DNA of 64,000 bases from NCBI RefSeq assembly GCF_963921235.1, contig NC_086108.1, forward strand, positions 99,760,001 to 99,824,000, read 5' to 3'. This document shows, in pieces, positions 1-13,654 of the stretch. Origin of the DNA: Mobula hypostoma. Lineage: Eukaryota. Within the stretch, counting starts at the first letter, position 1. Every line of letters begins with the position of its first letter. Both the position numbers and the translations under genes were made by a program. The notes beneath the pieces were generated by a model. It did no database searches and was not told the origin of the DNA. It saw only the letters and a list, made by a program, of their open reading frames with translations.

Positions 1-989
1 TCTATGGCAAAGATATCTTTCCTCAGATTAGGGGACCAAAACTGCACACAATACTCCAGGTGTGGTCTCACCAAGGCCTTGTACAACTGCAGTAGTACCT
101 CCCTGCTCCTGTACTCGAATCCTCTGGCTATAAATGCCAGCATACCATATGCCTTTTTCACCGCCTGCTGTACCTGCATGCCCACTTTCAATGACTGGTG
201 TATAATGACACCCAGGTCTCGTTGCACCTCCCTTTTTCCTAATCGGCCACCATTCAGATAATAATCTGTTTTCCTATTTTTGCCACCAAAGTGGATAACT
301 TCACATTTATCCACATTAAATTGCATCTGCCATGAATTTGCCCACTCACCCAACCTATCCAAGTCACCCTGCATCCTCTTAGCATCCTCCTCACTGCTAA
401 CACTGCCACCCAGCTTCGTGTCATCTGCAAACTTGGAGATGCTGCATTTAATTCCCTCATCCAAGTCATTAATATATATTGTAAACAACTGGGGTCCCAG
501 TCACCGCCTGCCATTCTGCAAAGGTCCCGTTTATTCCCACTCTTTGCTTCCTGTCTGCTAACCAATTCTCCACCCACACCAATACCTTACCCCCAATACC
601 GTGTGCTTTAAGTTTGCACACTAATCTCCTGTGTGGGACCTTGTCAAAAGCCTTTTGAAAATCCAAATATACCACATCCACTGGTTCTCCCCTATCCACT
701 CTACTAGTTACATCCTCAAAAAATTCTATGAGATTTGTCAGACATGATTTTCCTTTCACAAATCCATGCTGACTTTGTCCGATCATTTCACCGCTTTCCA
801 AATGTGCTGTTATCACATCCTTGATAACTGACTCCAGCAGTTTCCCCACCACCGATGTTAGGCTAACCGGTCTATAATTCCCCGGTTTCTCTCTCCCTCC
901 TTTTTTAAAAAGTGGGGTTACATTAGCCACCCTCCAATCCTCAGGAACTAGCCCAGAATCTAAAGAGTTTTGAAAAATTATCACTAATG
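1..989 (-). mobile_element. CR1-clade LINE ORF2 reverse transcriptase fragment, 5'-truncated, continues past the window start
   Basis: ORF 469..1020 has [32 protein letters not shown] and YLDFQKAFDKVPH. A small deletion near 500 removes the GVPQGSVLG motif. Highly similar to 60133-61147. Confidence 0.95.
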
Positions 990-1067
990 TTTCGAAGGAC
1001 CGGAAGGGCCTATTCCTCACTGTATCTCAACAAATAAATCAAAAAGAAGTAGGAAAAAGACAAAAAA

Positions 1068-1385
1068 AGATTAGCTTTATTTGGCAAATTTCCATTGAAA
1101 CATAAAGAGAAATCCATTGTTTGTATTAAAGGCCAAACCAGTCCAAGATGTGCTGGGGGTGGCCCTCGAGTTCCACCATACTTCTGGTGCCAACATAGCA
1201 TACCTACAACTCACTAATTCTAACTTGTACAACTCTGGAATATGAAAAGAAACAAGAGCACCCATAGAAAAAGCACAAGATCATGGGGAGAGTGTACAAC
1301 CTCCTTTCAGACAGTGATGGGAACTGATTCCCAAGCTTTGGCGCTGTAAAAGCATTACGATGACTGGTGCACTACTCTGCTGCCC
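1068..1385 (-). mobile_element. tRNA-derived SINE (V-SINE/HE1-like), degenerate
   Basis: Degenerate reverse complement of the SINE body seen at 26390, 53950 and 62950; similar to 28180 and 42590. Confidence 0.6.
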
Positions 1386-1619
1386 CAGGTCAGGCTGTAG
1401 GAGCTAGTGCAGATGTTTGAGTCCATTCTGCCATTAAAAATGATCACGTTTGGTTTGATATTAGCCTCAACTTTTCTTTCCTGTCTGTTGACTTTTAAAT
1501 TCCCTAAAATTAAAAAAAAGTCTGAAGTTATTCAATGATTCAACCATAAAATAGAAAATTCTAAATATTCATGATGTTCTGGAACAAAAATTTCTTCTTC
1601 ATTCCATCTCAAGTGAAAA

Positions 1620-2130
1620 AGTTCAAGTTCAAATTCAGTATCATTCAGCCATACACATGTTTACCACAAAATGAAACGATGATTCTCCAGACCAAGGTGC
1701 AGAACACAGTACATATAACTCACACACAACACTTAAAGTAATATTACTGCAAATAAATTAACAAATAATAAAGTGTATTTGTGACAGAAGTAAAATTGTA
1801 AAGAGTACATCCTATTGGTGCTTCATACGTGATGAGACCTGGGTAGTGGCAGGGAGTTCAGTAGTCTTACAGCCTAGGGGAAGAAGCTGTTTCCCATCCT
1901 AACAGTCCTTGTCCTAATGCTGTGGTACCTCCAGTCTGATGGTGGGGGGGGGGGGGTCAAAGAAGTTGTGGGACGGATAGTAGGGATCACCCACAATAGT
2001 GAGGCCCCTGAGTACACAGCACTCCTGATAAATATCTTGTATGGGTGGATGAGAGACCTCTCAGCAGTCCTCACAATTCTTCATAAGGTCTTGTGGTCGG
2101 ATGCCTTGTAATTCCTGTACCAGACATGAC
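1620..2130 (-). mobile_element. Rex1/Babar-like LINE 3' fragment
   Basis: ORF 1874..2074 ends WRYHSIRTRTVRMGNSFFP, a Rex1/Babar-type C-terminus. (TTGAAC)n-like tail near 1620. Confidence 0.65.
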
Positions 2131-3294
2131 AGCCCTGCATTGTGTCACTTTGCCTATCCCTAATTATATCTGAAGAAAGGCACACTATCTGGAGTCTAGA
2201 AAGGCCAGATCAAGGATTGCTGAATTTTCTAGACAATCCAATTATTTCATGATCCCCATTCCATGATCCCCATGAGACCCATTACTGAGCCTAGCTCATT
2301 TCCCCCCTCTCAGCTCCGTAATTATTTGGTAGGATTTGAACTATGGATCAATAGACCAGGCTTCCGGATACTATTTCAGTAACTTAACCAGTAAGCTGCC
2401 CTCATACAAAGTGCACAAGCTGCTAAAAGAAAGAGAGAGAGAGTGAGAGAGAGAGATCACAGAGACACTATTTTTCATGTATAAAAGTCAAATGAGAAGA
2501 GAGCAGTGCCTGAGGACCGTGAAAGACTGTGATTACATTTCCCATCTTTAAACAGGGAGATAGATCTAATCCAGGGAACAATGACCATTTATTTTCCAGT
2601 TAATGGTAGAAAAAGGTATTAGAACCTTTGCTAAAAAGCTGAGATGATTGAGCTTCAAAAGATAGAGGATATAATTTTAAAAAGTGATCAGCAGAGTTTC
2701 TGAAAGGGAGATGTGTTTTAATCAAGTGGATTGCACTCTTTGCATTAGGCACATGAGGAGGAGATGGAGAGTGGTGAGACAAATAGGCCTGTCACACAAA
2801 GTGGTTGTCATAGGTAATATAGGCTCATTATATGGGAAGTGAGATGTATTTTCAGATGGTCAGTCAGCCATTCTTAAAGACCTACTTAAGTTCTGACTAC
2901 AATAATCTCCAAGAGGTACCAGATGTTTAAGACAAGATTGTGGAATTTATTACAGACTAGCAGCAAAAAGCAAGTGTGCTTACATCACCAAAGTTGCCAT
3001 CATGTGTCCGGCAGGGGGTAGAGAGGCAAGAAGTATCACATCAACCTGGTTCATGAATGGCTGCCTCCCTTCAACCATTCTGTTCTTGAACCAACCTACA
3101 CAACCCTAAATCACTACTGCTACAGCAAAATTATGACCACTTTTCCCTACAAGGGACTCTTTTTTTTTTGTTCTAATTTTGTGTTCTTTTTTGTTAAAAG
3201 TGTGTATAGTTTATGTTTACTTCGGTTTGTTTGTGAATGCTGATTATCAGATGCTATGTGCCTGAGAAGCTGCTGTAAATAATTCATGCACATA

Positions 3295-3808
3295 CAGTAC
3301 TGTGCAGAAGTCCTCGGCACACATCCAGTGTACAACTAGGGTGCCTGTAGAAATTTTATCTATTGCACTGTACTCTGCCGCAAAAAAAAAATTAAATGAC
3401 AAGTGAGTGATCATAAACCCGATTCTGATACGGGTCTCTATTGTGGACTGAAAGTGGGAATAGGACAGGGAGAAGGTAATCATGGTTGGCAAAAGGGGAA
3501 GGGAGAGAGAGGGAAGCATCAGAGAGACATTCTGTAATGATCAATAAACCAATTGTTTGGAATCTAATGACCTTACCTAGTGTTTCAGGGCTGGGTGTGT
3601 CTACACCTGCGCTACCCTCTGCCCCGGCACTCCTTCTCTACCACCTGTCCCACATCCCTCCTGCAGGGCTCCACATTCAGCATTCCAAACCTCCTTTCCT
3701 CCCACCAGATTTCCAAATGCTCTCCAATTGACAAATACAACTCTGTGCAAAGTCGTAGGTACCCTAGCTATATATACAATATGTGCCTAAGACTCTTGCA
3801 CAGTACTA
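3295..3808. mobile_element. Tc1/mariner-type non-autonomous element (MITE)
   Basis: Left end TA|CAGTACTGTGCAGAAGTCCTCGGCAC and right end GTGCCTAAGACTCTTGCACAGTACTA|TA form inverted termini with TA flanks. Confidence 0.7.
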
Positions 3809-4164
3809 TATGTATGGGATATATTTACATATTCACTTATGGGTAAATTACCCAGCTGTTCCTTAGTAAAAAAAAAAGCGTGGGGAGAACTTTTTACAAA
3901 CATTCAACAGTCCTACGTTGGATAAGTTATCCTACTTTCACAAAGACTTGTTCTTCTTAACTGTGTTTGCTTTTCAGGCCTTGCTGCTAATGCTATGGAT
4001 AATGTGTTACATCTTGAAGCCTCACTGTTGACATGCCTTCTTCTCTGTAGTTGGTTCTAAGGCTACATAAGTTTGACATCACATATTCCTTTTGCATATT
4101 CAGATGTATTTCTTGCTGCAATCATTTGGTTAATTGGACACATCTCAATTCGCCTCCAATTTAA

Positions 4165-5510
4165 GATATAGGAACAAAATTAGGCCATTCTGTCCACCCC
4201 GCCATTCCATCATGGCAGATTTATTATCCCTCTCAACCCCATTCTCTTGCCTTCTTCCAGAAACCTTTGGTGCCCTGATTAATCAAGAACCATTCAACCT
4301 CCAACTTAAATATTCTCAATGACTTGGCCTCCATGATCGACTATGGCAATGAATTCCACAGATTCATTTCCCTCTGACTATAGACATTCCTCTTTATCTC
4401 TGTTCTAAATGGTCATTCCTCTATTCTGAGGCTGTGCCCTGTGTTCTAGACTCCCCCACTATAGGAAACATCCTCTCCACATCCACTCTATCTAGACCTT
4501 TCAATGTTTGATAGGTTTCAATGAGATGCCCCCTCATTCTTCTAAGCTCCAGCAAGTACAGGCCTAGAGCCATCAAAAGCTTCTCGTACTTTATTGTACT
4601 TGCTTCCTTCAGTTAGTCCTGACAAAAGGTCTCGGCCTGAAACGTCGACTGTACCTATTCCTAGAGATGCTGCCTGGCCTGCTGCGTTCACCAGCAACTT
4701 TATGTGTGTTGCTTGAGTTTCCAGCATCTGCAGAATTCCTGTTGTTTTCGTACTTTATTTTAAACCTTTCATTCCTGGGATCATTCTCATGAACCTCGTT
4801 TGGAGCTTCTTCAATACCAGCACACCTTTTCTTTGATAAGGGGCTTAAAACTGCTCACAGTATTCCAGGTGCAGTCTGACTCATGCCTTATAAAGCCTTA
4901 GCATTACTTCCTTGCTTCTGTATTCTAGTATTCTCAAAATGAATGTTAACATTACATTTGCCATCCTAACCACCAATTAAGCTGCAAGTTAACTTTTAGG
5001 TTATCCTTCACAATGATTCCCAAATCCCTTTGCACCACTGATTTTTTAATTTTCTCCACGTTTAGAAAATAGTCCACGCCTTTACTCCTTCCACCAAAGT
5101 GCATGACCATGCATTTTCCTGCACTATATTTCATCTGCCGCTTCTTTGCCCACTCTCCCAATAAAAGTCCTTCTGCAGACATCTGATTCATCAGTAATAC
5201 CTGCCCTCCATCTATATTCGTATTGTCAGCAAACTTGGCCACAAAGCCATCAATTCCTTCATCCAAATCATTGACAATATAACATGACAAGAATCAGTCT
5301 CAACATGAGTCCCTGAAGCACACAACTAGTCACCTGCAGCCAACCAGAAAAGATCCCCTTTATTCCCACTTTTTGCCACCTGCCAGTTAACCAATCCATG
5401 CTAAAACCTTTCCTGTAATACCATAGACTCTTACCTTCCTAAGCAGCCTCATGTGTGGCACCTTGTCAAAGGCCTTCTGGAAATCTAATTAAACAATATC
5501 CATTTCTCCT
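4165..5510 (-). mobile_element. Old CR1 LINE 3' portion, interrupted by a Penelope terminal fragment
   Basis: ORF 4952..5290 has NDLDEGIDGFVAKFADNT and QRDLG. CR1 3'UTR near 4170. Confidence 0.85.
4603..4748 (+). mobile_element. Short Penelope-derived terminal repeat with degenerate hammerhead motif
   Basis: Near-identical to 15938-16084; core reads CTGACAA instead of CTGACGA. Confidence 0.85.
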
Positions 5511-5516
5511 TCAACC

Positions 5517-6023
5517 AACACACATCAAAGTTGCTGGTGAACGCAGCAGGCCAGGCAGCATCTCCAGGAAGAGGTACAGTCAACGTTTCGGGCCGAGACC
5601 CATTGTTGGGACTAACTGAAGGAAGAGCTAGTAAGAGATTTGAAAGTGGGAGGGGGAGGGGGAGATCCAAAATGATAGGAGAAGACAGGAGGGGGAGGAA
5701 TGGAGCCAAGAGCTGGACAGGTGATTGGCAAAGGGGATATGAGAGGATCATGGGACAGGAGGTCCGGGGAGAAAGACAAGGGTGGGGTGGAATCAGAGGA
5801 TGGGCAAGGGGTATAGTCAGAGGGACAGAGGGAGAAAAAGGAGAGTGAGAGAAAGAATGTGTGTATAAAAATAAATAACGGATGGGGTACGAGGGGGAGG
5901 TGGGGCATTAGCGGAAGTTAGAGAAGTCGATGTTCATGCCATCAGGTTGGAGGCTACCCAGACGGAATATAAGGTGTTGTTCCTCCAACCTGAGTGTGGC
6001 TTCATCTTTACAGTAGAGGAGGC
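5517..6023 (-). mobile_element. Penelope-like element 3' fragment (GIY-YIG tail plus 3' UTR)
   Basis: Reverse complement of 15543-16050, including the GSLQPDGMNIDFSNFR* terminus. Confidence 0.9.
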
Positions 6024-6053
6024 TATCCACTGCGGTCTATTAGTCTCCATATT

Positions 6054-6465
6054 TATGCTATGTCTTAGTTTGGAGAAAATTAGAAGTCGAACCTTTGAAC
6101 CTTTATTTGATTTTGAGAAAAGATGGGGCTCATTTGCTCATTATTATCATTTGAGCTAATTGATAGATTTTCTCCATGATCTAATTGTAAGTTTTTTGGT
6201 ATATTTTTCTTTCTTGCTGGCAGTTTGATGTTTATTTTTAGAAGCTTCTTGTATGACGCATGGCTCCGAGGTTGAACACCTAATGGGTTTTTTTTCCCCA
6301 CTTTTTCTGCTTAGTAGGGTTTTTTTTAATTATCACAAAATTTTTCAATCTTTAAGATAATGCTTTTTCCTTGAGACATTGTAAGTGTTGTTACTTCGAT
6401 GTACTTGTGTTATTTTTTTTGAATAATATAATAATAAAAAGATTTGAAAAGAAAAAAAGAAAGAA
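6054..6465 (+). mobile_element. L1-clade (fish/amphibian-type) LINE 3' end with A-rich tail and 12-bp TSD
   Basis: LSLEKIRS...FEKRWGSF C-terminus, T-rich 3'UTR, AATAAA and A-rich tail. AGTCTCCATATT occurs at 6042-6053 and 6466-6477. Confidence 0.75.
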
Positions 6466-6994
6466 AGTCTCCATATTAATTCATCATCTCGTGCTTACTG
6501 CATCACCTTCATTTTGCTTCTGTCCAATGAATTAGATGGATGTAAATCATGTTATTGTGTTAGCTATAACTGCTGACACACCACACTCCCCTCTCCAAGT
6601 TAGATCACAGCAAAATAAAAAACATTTGAAGTCTATATTTCATTAACAGCTCTTCTGGAGTGGATCATGTGGTAGTATAGGTATTGCTTTGTTCTTGATG
6701 AATTTCAAAACATATGCCAATGATATTAAATCTGATTCTGATTCTGATTGAATATAGAGGGAGCTAACCAATAGCTCTACTTTCTCACAAGGCTTAAGAA
6801 ATTTGGCATTCCTCCTTCAACCTTCACCAATTTTTATCAATACACCAAAGAAAGCATCCAATCTTGATGCTAAATGGCTTGATATGGTAACTGCTCTGTA
6901 CGTGATCGCAAGAAGCTGCACATTACAGAGACCAGTCTCCCCTCTATGAACTCTGTCTATATTTCTCACTGCCTCGATAAAGCAGCCAGCAGAA

Positions 6995-7722
6995 TCAAAG
7001 CAACATGCACAAAAATGCTGAAGGAACTCAGCAGGCTAGGCAGCATCTAAAGAGTTAACAGTTGACGTTTCAGGCCAAGATCCTTCATTATGACTAAAAA
7101 GGAAGAGAAGTCAGGATAAGAGGGGGGTATCATTTTAAGGTGCTTGGAAATAGGTACCAAGGGGTAAGTTTGTCACACAGAGAGTGGAGAGTGCGTAGAA
7201 TGTGCTGCCAGCAGCAGTGGTGAAAGTGGATGCAACAGGGTCTTTTAAGAGCCTCTGACATGGAACTTAGAAAAATAGAAGGTTAAGCACTAGGGAAATT
7301 CTAGGCAGTTTCTAGAGTTGGTTAAACAGTCAGGACAACTTTGTGGGCCAAAGGGCCTTTAATGTGCTGTAGACTTCTATGTTCTTTGATAATAAGGTGG
7401 GGAGAGGGGAGGAAGAAGGACATGGTGGCAGGTGATAGGGGAAACCGAGAGGAGGGGGAAGGATGAAGTAAAGAGCTGGGAAGTCAATTGGTGAAAGAGG
7501 TTCAGGGCTGTATAAGGGGGGATCTGATAGGAGAGGACAGAAGGGATGGAAGAAAGAGAAGGGGCAGAGGAGAACCAGAGGGAGGTGACGGGCAGGCAAG
7601 AAGATAAGGTGAGAGAGGGAAAATGGAATGGGGAACAGTGAGGGAGGGGGCATTAGCATAAGTTTGAGAAATCAATGTTCATCCCATCAGGTTGGAGGTA
7701 ACCCAGACAGAATATAAGGTAG
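6995..7722 (-). mobile_element. Degenerate Penelope 3' fragment with a nested CR1 3' end (about 7127-7388, +)
   Basis: Terminal motif at 7000-7115 and GIY-YIG tail at 7660-7720. The insert matches CR1 3' ends at 11160 and 36416. Confidence 0.75.
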
Positions 7723-8404
7723 CCTAATCAAAGACCCTACTTACCGCGGACATCCTCTCTTCTGTCCATATCCTTTGGCAGAATTACTGACCTCACAAAG
7801 TAACTTGTTCTGATCTTGCACTTTATTGTTTACTGCACTGCACTTTCCCTGAAGCTCTTACACTTCATTCTACATTCTGCTATTATTCTACCTCAAAGTA
7901 CTGTGTGATCTATTCATCAGTACAAACAGTATGCAAGACAAGCTTTTCACTGCTTCTCAATACATGTGCCAATAATAAACCAATTTCAATTCAAATTCAA
8001 TAATTCACCATCAACTTGGAAGAATATGAGGAAAATGTTCAGTAAATGGTATTGCTGTACAGAGGGATCAGGTGAGCAAGTCTATTACTCCCTGGAAGTA
8101 GCAAGACATGTAGAATGGATAGCAAAGAGAGCATATGGCATGTTTGCCTTCATTTATCAAGGCGTTGAGTATGAAAGTGGGGAAATCATGTTGCAGCTGT
8201 ACAGAATTTTGTTTGGCCACATCTGGAGTATTGTGTGCATTTCTGTTTGCCACGCAGCTAGGAGGCTGTGGAGGATTTGGAGAGGGTGCAGAAGAGGTCA
8301 CCAGGATGTTGTCTGGATTGGAGAGTATTAACTGCAAGGAAAAGATGGACAAACTTGGATTACTTTTGGTGGAGCACTGGCTGAGGAACAGCTTGGTTTA
8401 AATA

Positions 8405-8762
8405 TGACGAGAGGCGAGTTGAGGATGGGTAAGGACCCAAATGCTGTAGTATCCAATATTAGAATTGAGAAATGATTTCAAGACTGAGAGAAGAACAGGT
8501 TTCTTAACCAGATGCTAGATGAGAACCTGATGAGACTAGACAAGAATTCAAACAAGACAAAAGTCCTAAACACAATTGCAGACAGGACCAAAGTTGAGCT
8601 GACGAGTGAGCACTGAACCTGAGTTCAGGTGCTCTTTAAATATCCAAATCTTGGTGCCAAAACATGGCCACCAATTAGTGGAAAGAGCCAGCATCTTTAA
8701 AAGGATTGTGCGAGCTATTCATACTCCGGCAAATCAGAGTGTCTAAACACTGGAGGCTGACA
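8405..8762. mobile_element. Possible solo LTR
   Basis: About 360 bp bounded by TGAC...TGACA, following an old CR1 fragment (about 8050-8400). TSD unclear. Confidence 0.4.
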
Positions 8763-8779
8763 CAATTAGATGCTTATCA

Positions 8780-9425
8780 TTAGAGCAAGTATACAAATTT
8801 TGACGCACAACCCATGAAGACAAACTGTGCAGGATCAAATAATGATAATAGTAATAATAAATAAATTACTAATACTGCGATCACGAGTTGTAGAGTCCTT
8901 GAAAGTGAGTCCATGCATTGTATAATCATTTTAGTGTTGAGGTGTTGGAGTTATCCAAGCTGGTTCAGGAGCTTAATGGCTGAAGGGTAATAACTGTTCC
9001 TGAGCCCGGTGGTGTGGGTCCTAAGGTTCCTGTACCTCCTTCCCGATGGCAGCTGCAAGAAGAGATCATAGCCTGGACGGTGAGTGTTCTATAATGATGG
9101 ATGCTGCTATCTTGTGGCAGCACTCCTTGTAGATGTGCCCAGTGGTAGTAAGGGCTTTTCCTGTGATGGACCGGGCTGTATCCACTACTTTTTGTGGGCT
9201 TTTCTGTTTTTGGGCATTGGTGTTTCCATACGAGTCTGTGGTGCAACCAGTCAGGACATTCTTCGCTCTGCATAGAAAGAAATAGAAGCTGGTCAAGGTT
9301 TGGGATGACATGCTGAATTGACACAAACTTCTAAGAAAGTAAAGGCACTGTTGTGCCTTCTTTGTAATGGGATTTATATGTGGGACCCTGGACACATGAT
9401 AATGCCAAGGAATTTAAAGTTATTG
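8780..9425 (-). mobile_element. Rex1/Babar-like LINE 3' fragment
   Basis: ORF 9066..9395 has KKAQQCLYFLRSL and KVVDTARSITG. Confidence 0.8.
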
Positions 9426-10799
9426 ACATAAACGTTCAAGGATGCACATTCTTTGTTCTCCTCTACCTCAAGAATTTTACTGGCCAGAAAGAACTTTGCC
9501 ACGTAGGCTGTGGGTGACTCATGCACTTAATTCCACTTCCATTGGGTACCTCGTTAACCTGTCTGTACTTGAACCAATACGTTATTATACAGTATTGTAC
9601 ACAAATGCTGACCCTGCTACACCTAAGAACACTGTGTGCTTAGCTGTCTTCTAATCAGTATCTCCTTCCATGCTACAGACTAAGCAATGGTCTATTCTTT
9701 GTTTAATTGTGTCTGCCCATACTTTTCATCCACCCACCATATACCTTTGAAGATATTTAACACCGGTGCTGATTTTTTTCTCCCCGATTAAGAGGATTTA
9801 AGATTCTGTGTTAGTGACGTGGATCAGAAATGTGCTTTGTCTAGATCAATGAATTTCTTCAACACACCACATTTTAATTTTGGCATACCTATGCACTGGC
9901 AGCCATTATCTGCCCCCATCATCAGCTGTTTGGCAGCCAGTATTGAGACTCTGGTAACCGATAACTCTAACCTTTCATATCTTTCATAAGATGAATTACA
10001 TCTTCAATTATGATCCCAGAAATCTGTAAACTCAGACCTACTATTCTATCTCTTGATTTCGTAGAATCTCTATATTTCTTAATAATTGACGGGGTGATTT
10101 GAGTTTCTGGCTTAGGAATCAATAAACCTCCATCTCTTGCATATATAATACCTTCATTAATAATTATGGAGCAGGTGTAAAATTTCATTTATGAAAAACA
10201 CGTGTGCATCCTGCTGAAAAGAAAGAAAACTGCAGATAAAAACAGAACATTCTGGAAGCATTCAGTAGCTGATCATCTGTTTGAGCACATTGTAACAATT
10301 GCAAACTACTTAGGCCAACAACTTCAGGCAACCTGCATTTTCTGCCTCTATTAGAAGCCATCCCTTCTGTTTCAAATCATCTATCTGCAATATTGGTTTA
10401 TTTCCCTTCCCTACATTAGCACAATGTGCCGTCCTGAATCCTTACACAAACCTGCACTTTTAAAGATAAAGATTGGCTTTATTTGTCTCCTGTACATTGA
10501 AACACATGGTGAAATGCATCATTTGTGTCAACAACCAACACTGTCTAAGTATGTGCTGGGGGCAGCCCACGAGTGTCATCATGCTTCCAGCGCCAACGTA
10601 AAATGCCGGCAACTTCCAAACCCGTACATTTTTGGAACATGGGAATGCTGGAAACACTGCAGAGGTCAGGCAACTTCCCTGGATCGGGAAACTGCATTCA
10701 TGTTTCAAGTCAACAACTCTCCCTCAGAACGGGAGAAGTTTGGAGACAATTGTGTTTTAAGTTGCAGAGAGGGGAAGGGTGAAGACAGCAGAGAAGCAT

Positions 10800-12097
10800 G
10801 TCATAAACACAAGAGATGCTACAGATTTTGGAAATCCAGAACAACACACACAAAATGCTGGAGGAAATCAGCAGGTTAGGCAGCATTTATGGAAATGAAT
10901 AAACAGTCAACTTTTCAGGCCAATATGCATCATCAAGACATCAAAGGAATGGGGAAGATGTCAGGATCAAAAGGTGGGGGTAGCGAAAGGAGGACTAGTT
11001 TGGAAGGTAATAGGTGAAGCCGGGTGAGTGGGGGCGGGGGGATGAAGTGAGGTGTTGGGAGGTGATGGGTGGAAAAGGCAAAAGGGTGAAGAAGAAGGAA
11101 TCTGACAGGAGAGAAGAATGAACCAAGGAAGAAAGGTAAGAAGGAGGAACACTAATGAAATGCTGAAATGGCAAACATGAGAGGGTATAGTTTTAAGGTG
11201 CTCAGAAGCAGGTACAAGAGGGATGTCAGAGGTAAGTTTTTCACACAGAGTGTGTTGGTTGCATGGAATGCACTGCCATCAACAGTGGTAGAGGTGGATA
11301 CGATAGGGTCTTTGAAGAGACTCTTCGATAGATACATGGAGCTTAGAAAAATAGAGGGCTATGCAGTAGGGAAATTCCAGGCAGTTTCTAGAGTAGGTTA
11401 CATGGTCAGCACAACATTGTGGGCCAAAGGGCCTGTACTGTGCTGTAGATTTCCAGGTTCTATGTCCTATGTACTAAGGGAAGGTGATAGGCAGGTGAGG
11501 AGAAGAGGTAAGAGGCCAGAGTGGGGAAGAGAAGATAAGGGAAAGGAGAAGGAAAAAAACCTGAAAGAGGAATCAGTGTTCATGCCATCAGGTTGGAAAT
11601 TACTTAGTTGGAATTTGAGTGTTTCTCCTCAAACCTGATATTGGGTTCATTGTGGCATTGGAGGAAGCCATGGCAGAATGGGAATCAGAATTAAAATGTT
11701 TGGCCAGCAGAAATTCCACTTTTGGTAGATGAAGCAGTCCCCTAATTTACAATGGGTCTCACCAATCATGAGGAGGCTGCACTGGGAGCACAGGAGGCAA
11801 TAAACGATCCCAACAAGTTTGAAGCTGAAGTGTTACCTGAACTAGAAGAACTGCTCGGGGCCTTGAATGGAGGTGAGGGAGGAGATGAATGCGCAGGTGC
11901 CACAGTTCTGGCACTGGCAGGAATATGTGCCAAGTGGAAGATTAGCAGGGAGGGATGAATGAAAAGAAGGGAACAACCCCTGCAGAAAGTGGAGAATGAG
12001 GTGTAGGTAAAGATACAGTATGTTTGGTAGTATGATGCCATTGCAGATGATGGAAGTTGCAGAAAATGATGTATTGGGTGCAAGGATCATGGGGTGG
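10800..12097 (-). mobile_element. Degenerate Penelope-like 3' portion with a nested CR1 3' fragment (about 11158-11470, +)
   Basis: ORF 11842..12090 has CQCQNCGTCAFISSLTSIQGPEQFF, homologous to 15250-15330. The nested piece encodes GYSFKVLRSRYKRDVRGKFFTQSV. Confidence 0.8.
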
Positions 12098-12344
12098 TTT
12101 CAAAGTAATTATTGTCATTGATAGTAAAATAAAATAACTAAAATAACTGGGCCCACAGCGGATAAATTCTTATGACTCAAGCGTTCTTGTTTTTATTTTA
12201 CTTGTGCACGAGGAGAACAGCATGGGGCCCTGTCACCCACATTCTTCTGAAGTCTGAGCAGAAAACTGCCGTCTTAATACAGAGTTGGCTTATCAGTTAT
12301 GGATATTGATTATTGCAAATTGTAAATGTTTGAATTCCTTACTC

Positions 12345-12901
12345 GCAAGATCAATCACCATTCAAAATAGAGGTGTTAAAGTTAATCGAAACTTCAAGCA
12401 GAGAGCTGATGATATGTTTAAGTTGGTTAAAGAGAGGTGGAGAGGCAGGTGGTGTTAAGGAAGCAGGTAGCCTGCAGAAAGACTTAGAGTAGGATAATAG
12501 GCAATGTAATATAATGTAGTCAAGTGTATGGTAATGCACTCTGATAAAAGCAATAAAGACATAGACTATTTTCTAAATAGGGAGAATTTTCAGAAATCAG
12601 TGGTGCAAAGAGACTTGGTAGTCCTTGTGCAGGATAACTAAAGGTTAACATTCAGGTTGAGTTGGTGGTGAGGAAAATAAATACCACGTCAGCATTCATT
12701 TCGAGAGGACTAGAATATAAGAGCAAGGATGTAATGCTAAAGCTTTGTAAGACATTAGACAGATGGCGCTTGGAGTACTGGGAGCAATTTTATCTAAGAA
12801 AAGATGTGCTGGCATTGGCCATGGTCCAGAGGAGGTTAACGAGAATGATTCTGGGAATGAAAGAGTTAACTCATCAGGAGCGTTTGATAGCTCTGAGCCT
12901 G
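12345..12901 (+). mobile_element. Old CR1 RT C-terminal fragment, left half (continues at 17742-18140)
   Basis: ORF 12662..12952 has FISRGLEYKSKDVML and VQRRLTRMI. It breaks at ...GCTCTGAGCCTG and resumes with CGCTGGAGTTTAGAAGAATGAGG at 17742. Confidence 0.8.
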
Positions 12902-13654
12902 ATTTGTCCTATTCTCACAAGGCTCATCCTCTTGTTCTTCACATACTTGTAAAATGCCTTGGGGTTTTCCTTAATCCTGCTCACCAAGGCCTTGTCATGT
13001 CCCCTTCTAGCTCTCCTAATTTCATTCTTGTGCTCCTTCCTGGCACCCTTGTAATTTTCTAGAACTCTAACAGTACCTTCTTTAACGAACCTTTAATAAG
13101 CTTTTCTTTTCTTCTTAACTAGATTTTCTACATCCTTTGTACACCATGGTTCTTTTACCCTACCATCCTTTCGCTACTTCAATGGAACACATCTATGTAG
13201 AGCGCCATGCAAATGTTTGCTGAAAATTTGCCACATTTCTGCCATGCGTTTCCCGAAACATGACTGCTTCCAGTTTAAGTTCCCAAGTTCCTGCACTATG
13301 GTAAAGGAGATAGAGTTGTGAACACTACCTCTAAAATACTCTCCCACCGAGAGATCTGACACCTGACCAGGTTCATTTGCCAATACCAGACCGAGTACCA
13401 TCTCTCCTCTAGTTGGCTTATCTACATATTGCATCAGGAAACCTTCCTGAGCACACCTAATAAACTCCACCCCATTTAAACCCTTTGATCTAAGGAGATG
13501 CCAGTCAATATTAGGAAAGTTAAAATCACCCGTTACAACAACCCTATTATTATTGCACCTTTACAGAATCTGCCTCCCTATCTGCTCCTTGATGACTCTG
13601 TTACTCTTGGGGTTTCTATAAAAAACACCCAGTAGAGTCATTCCACCCCCACCG

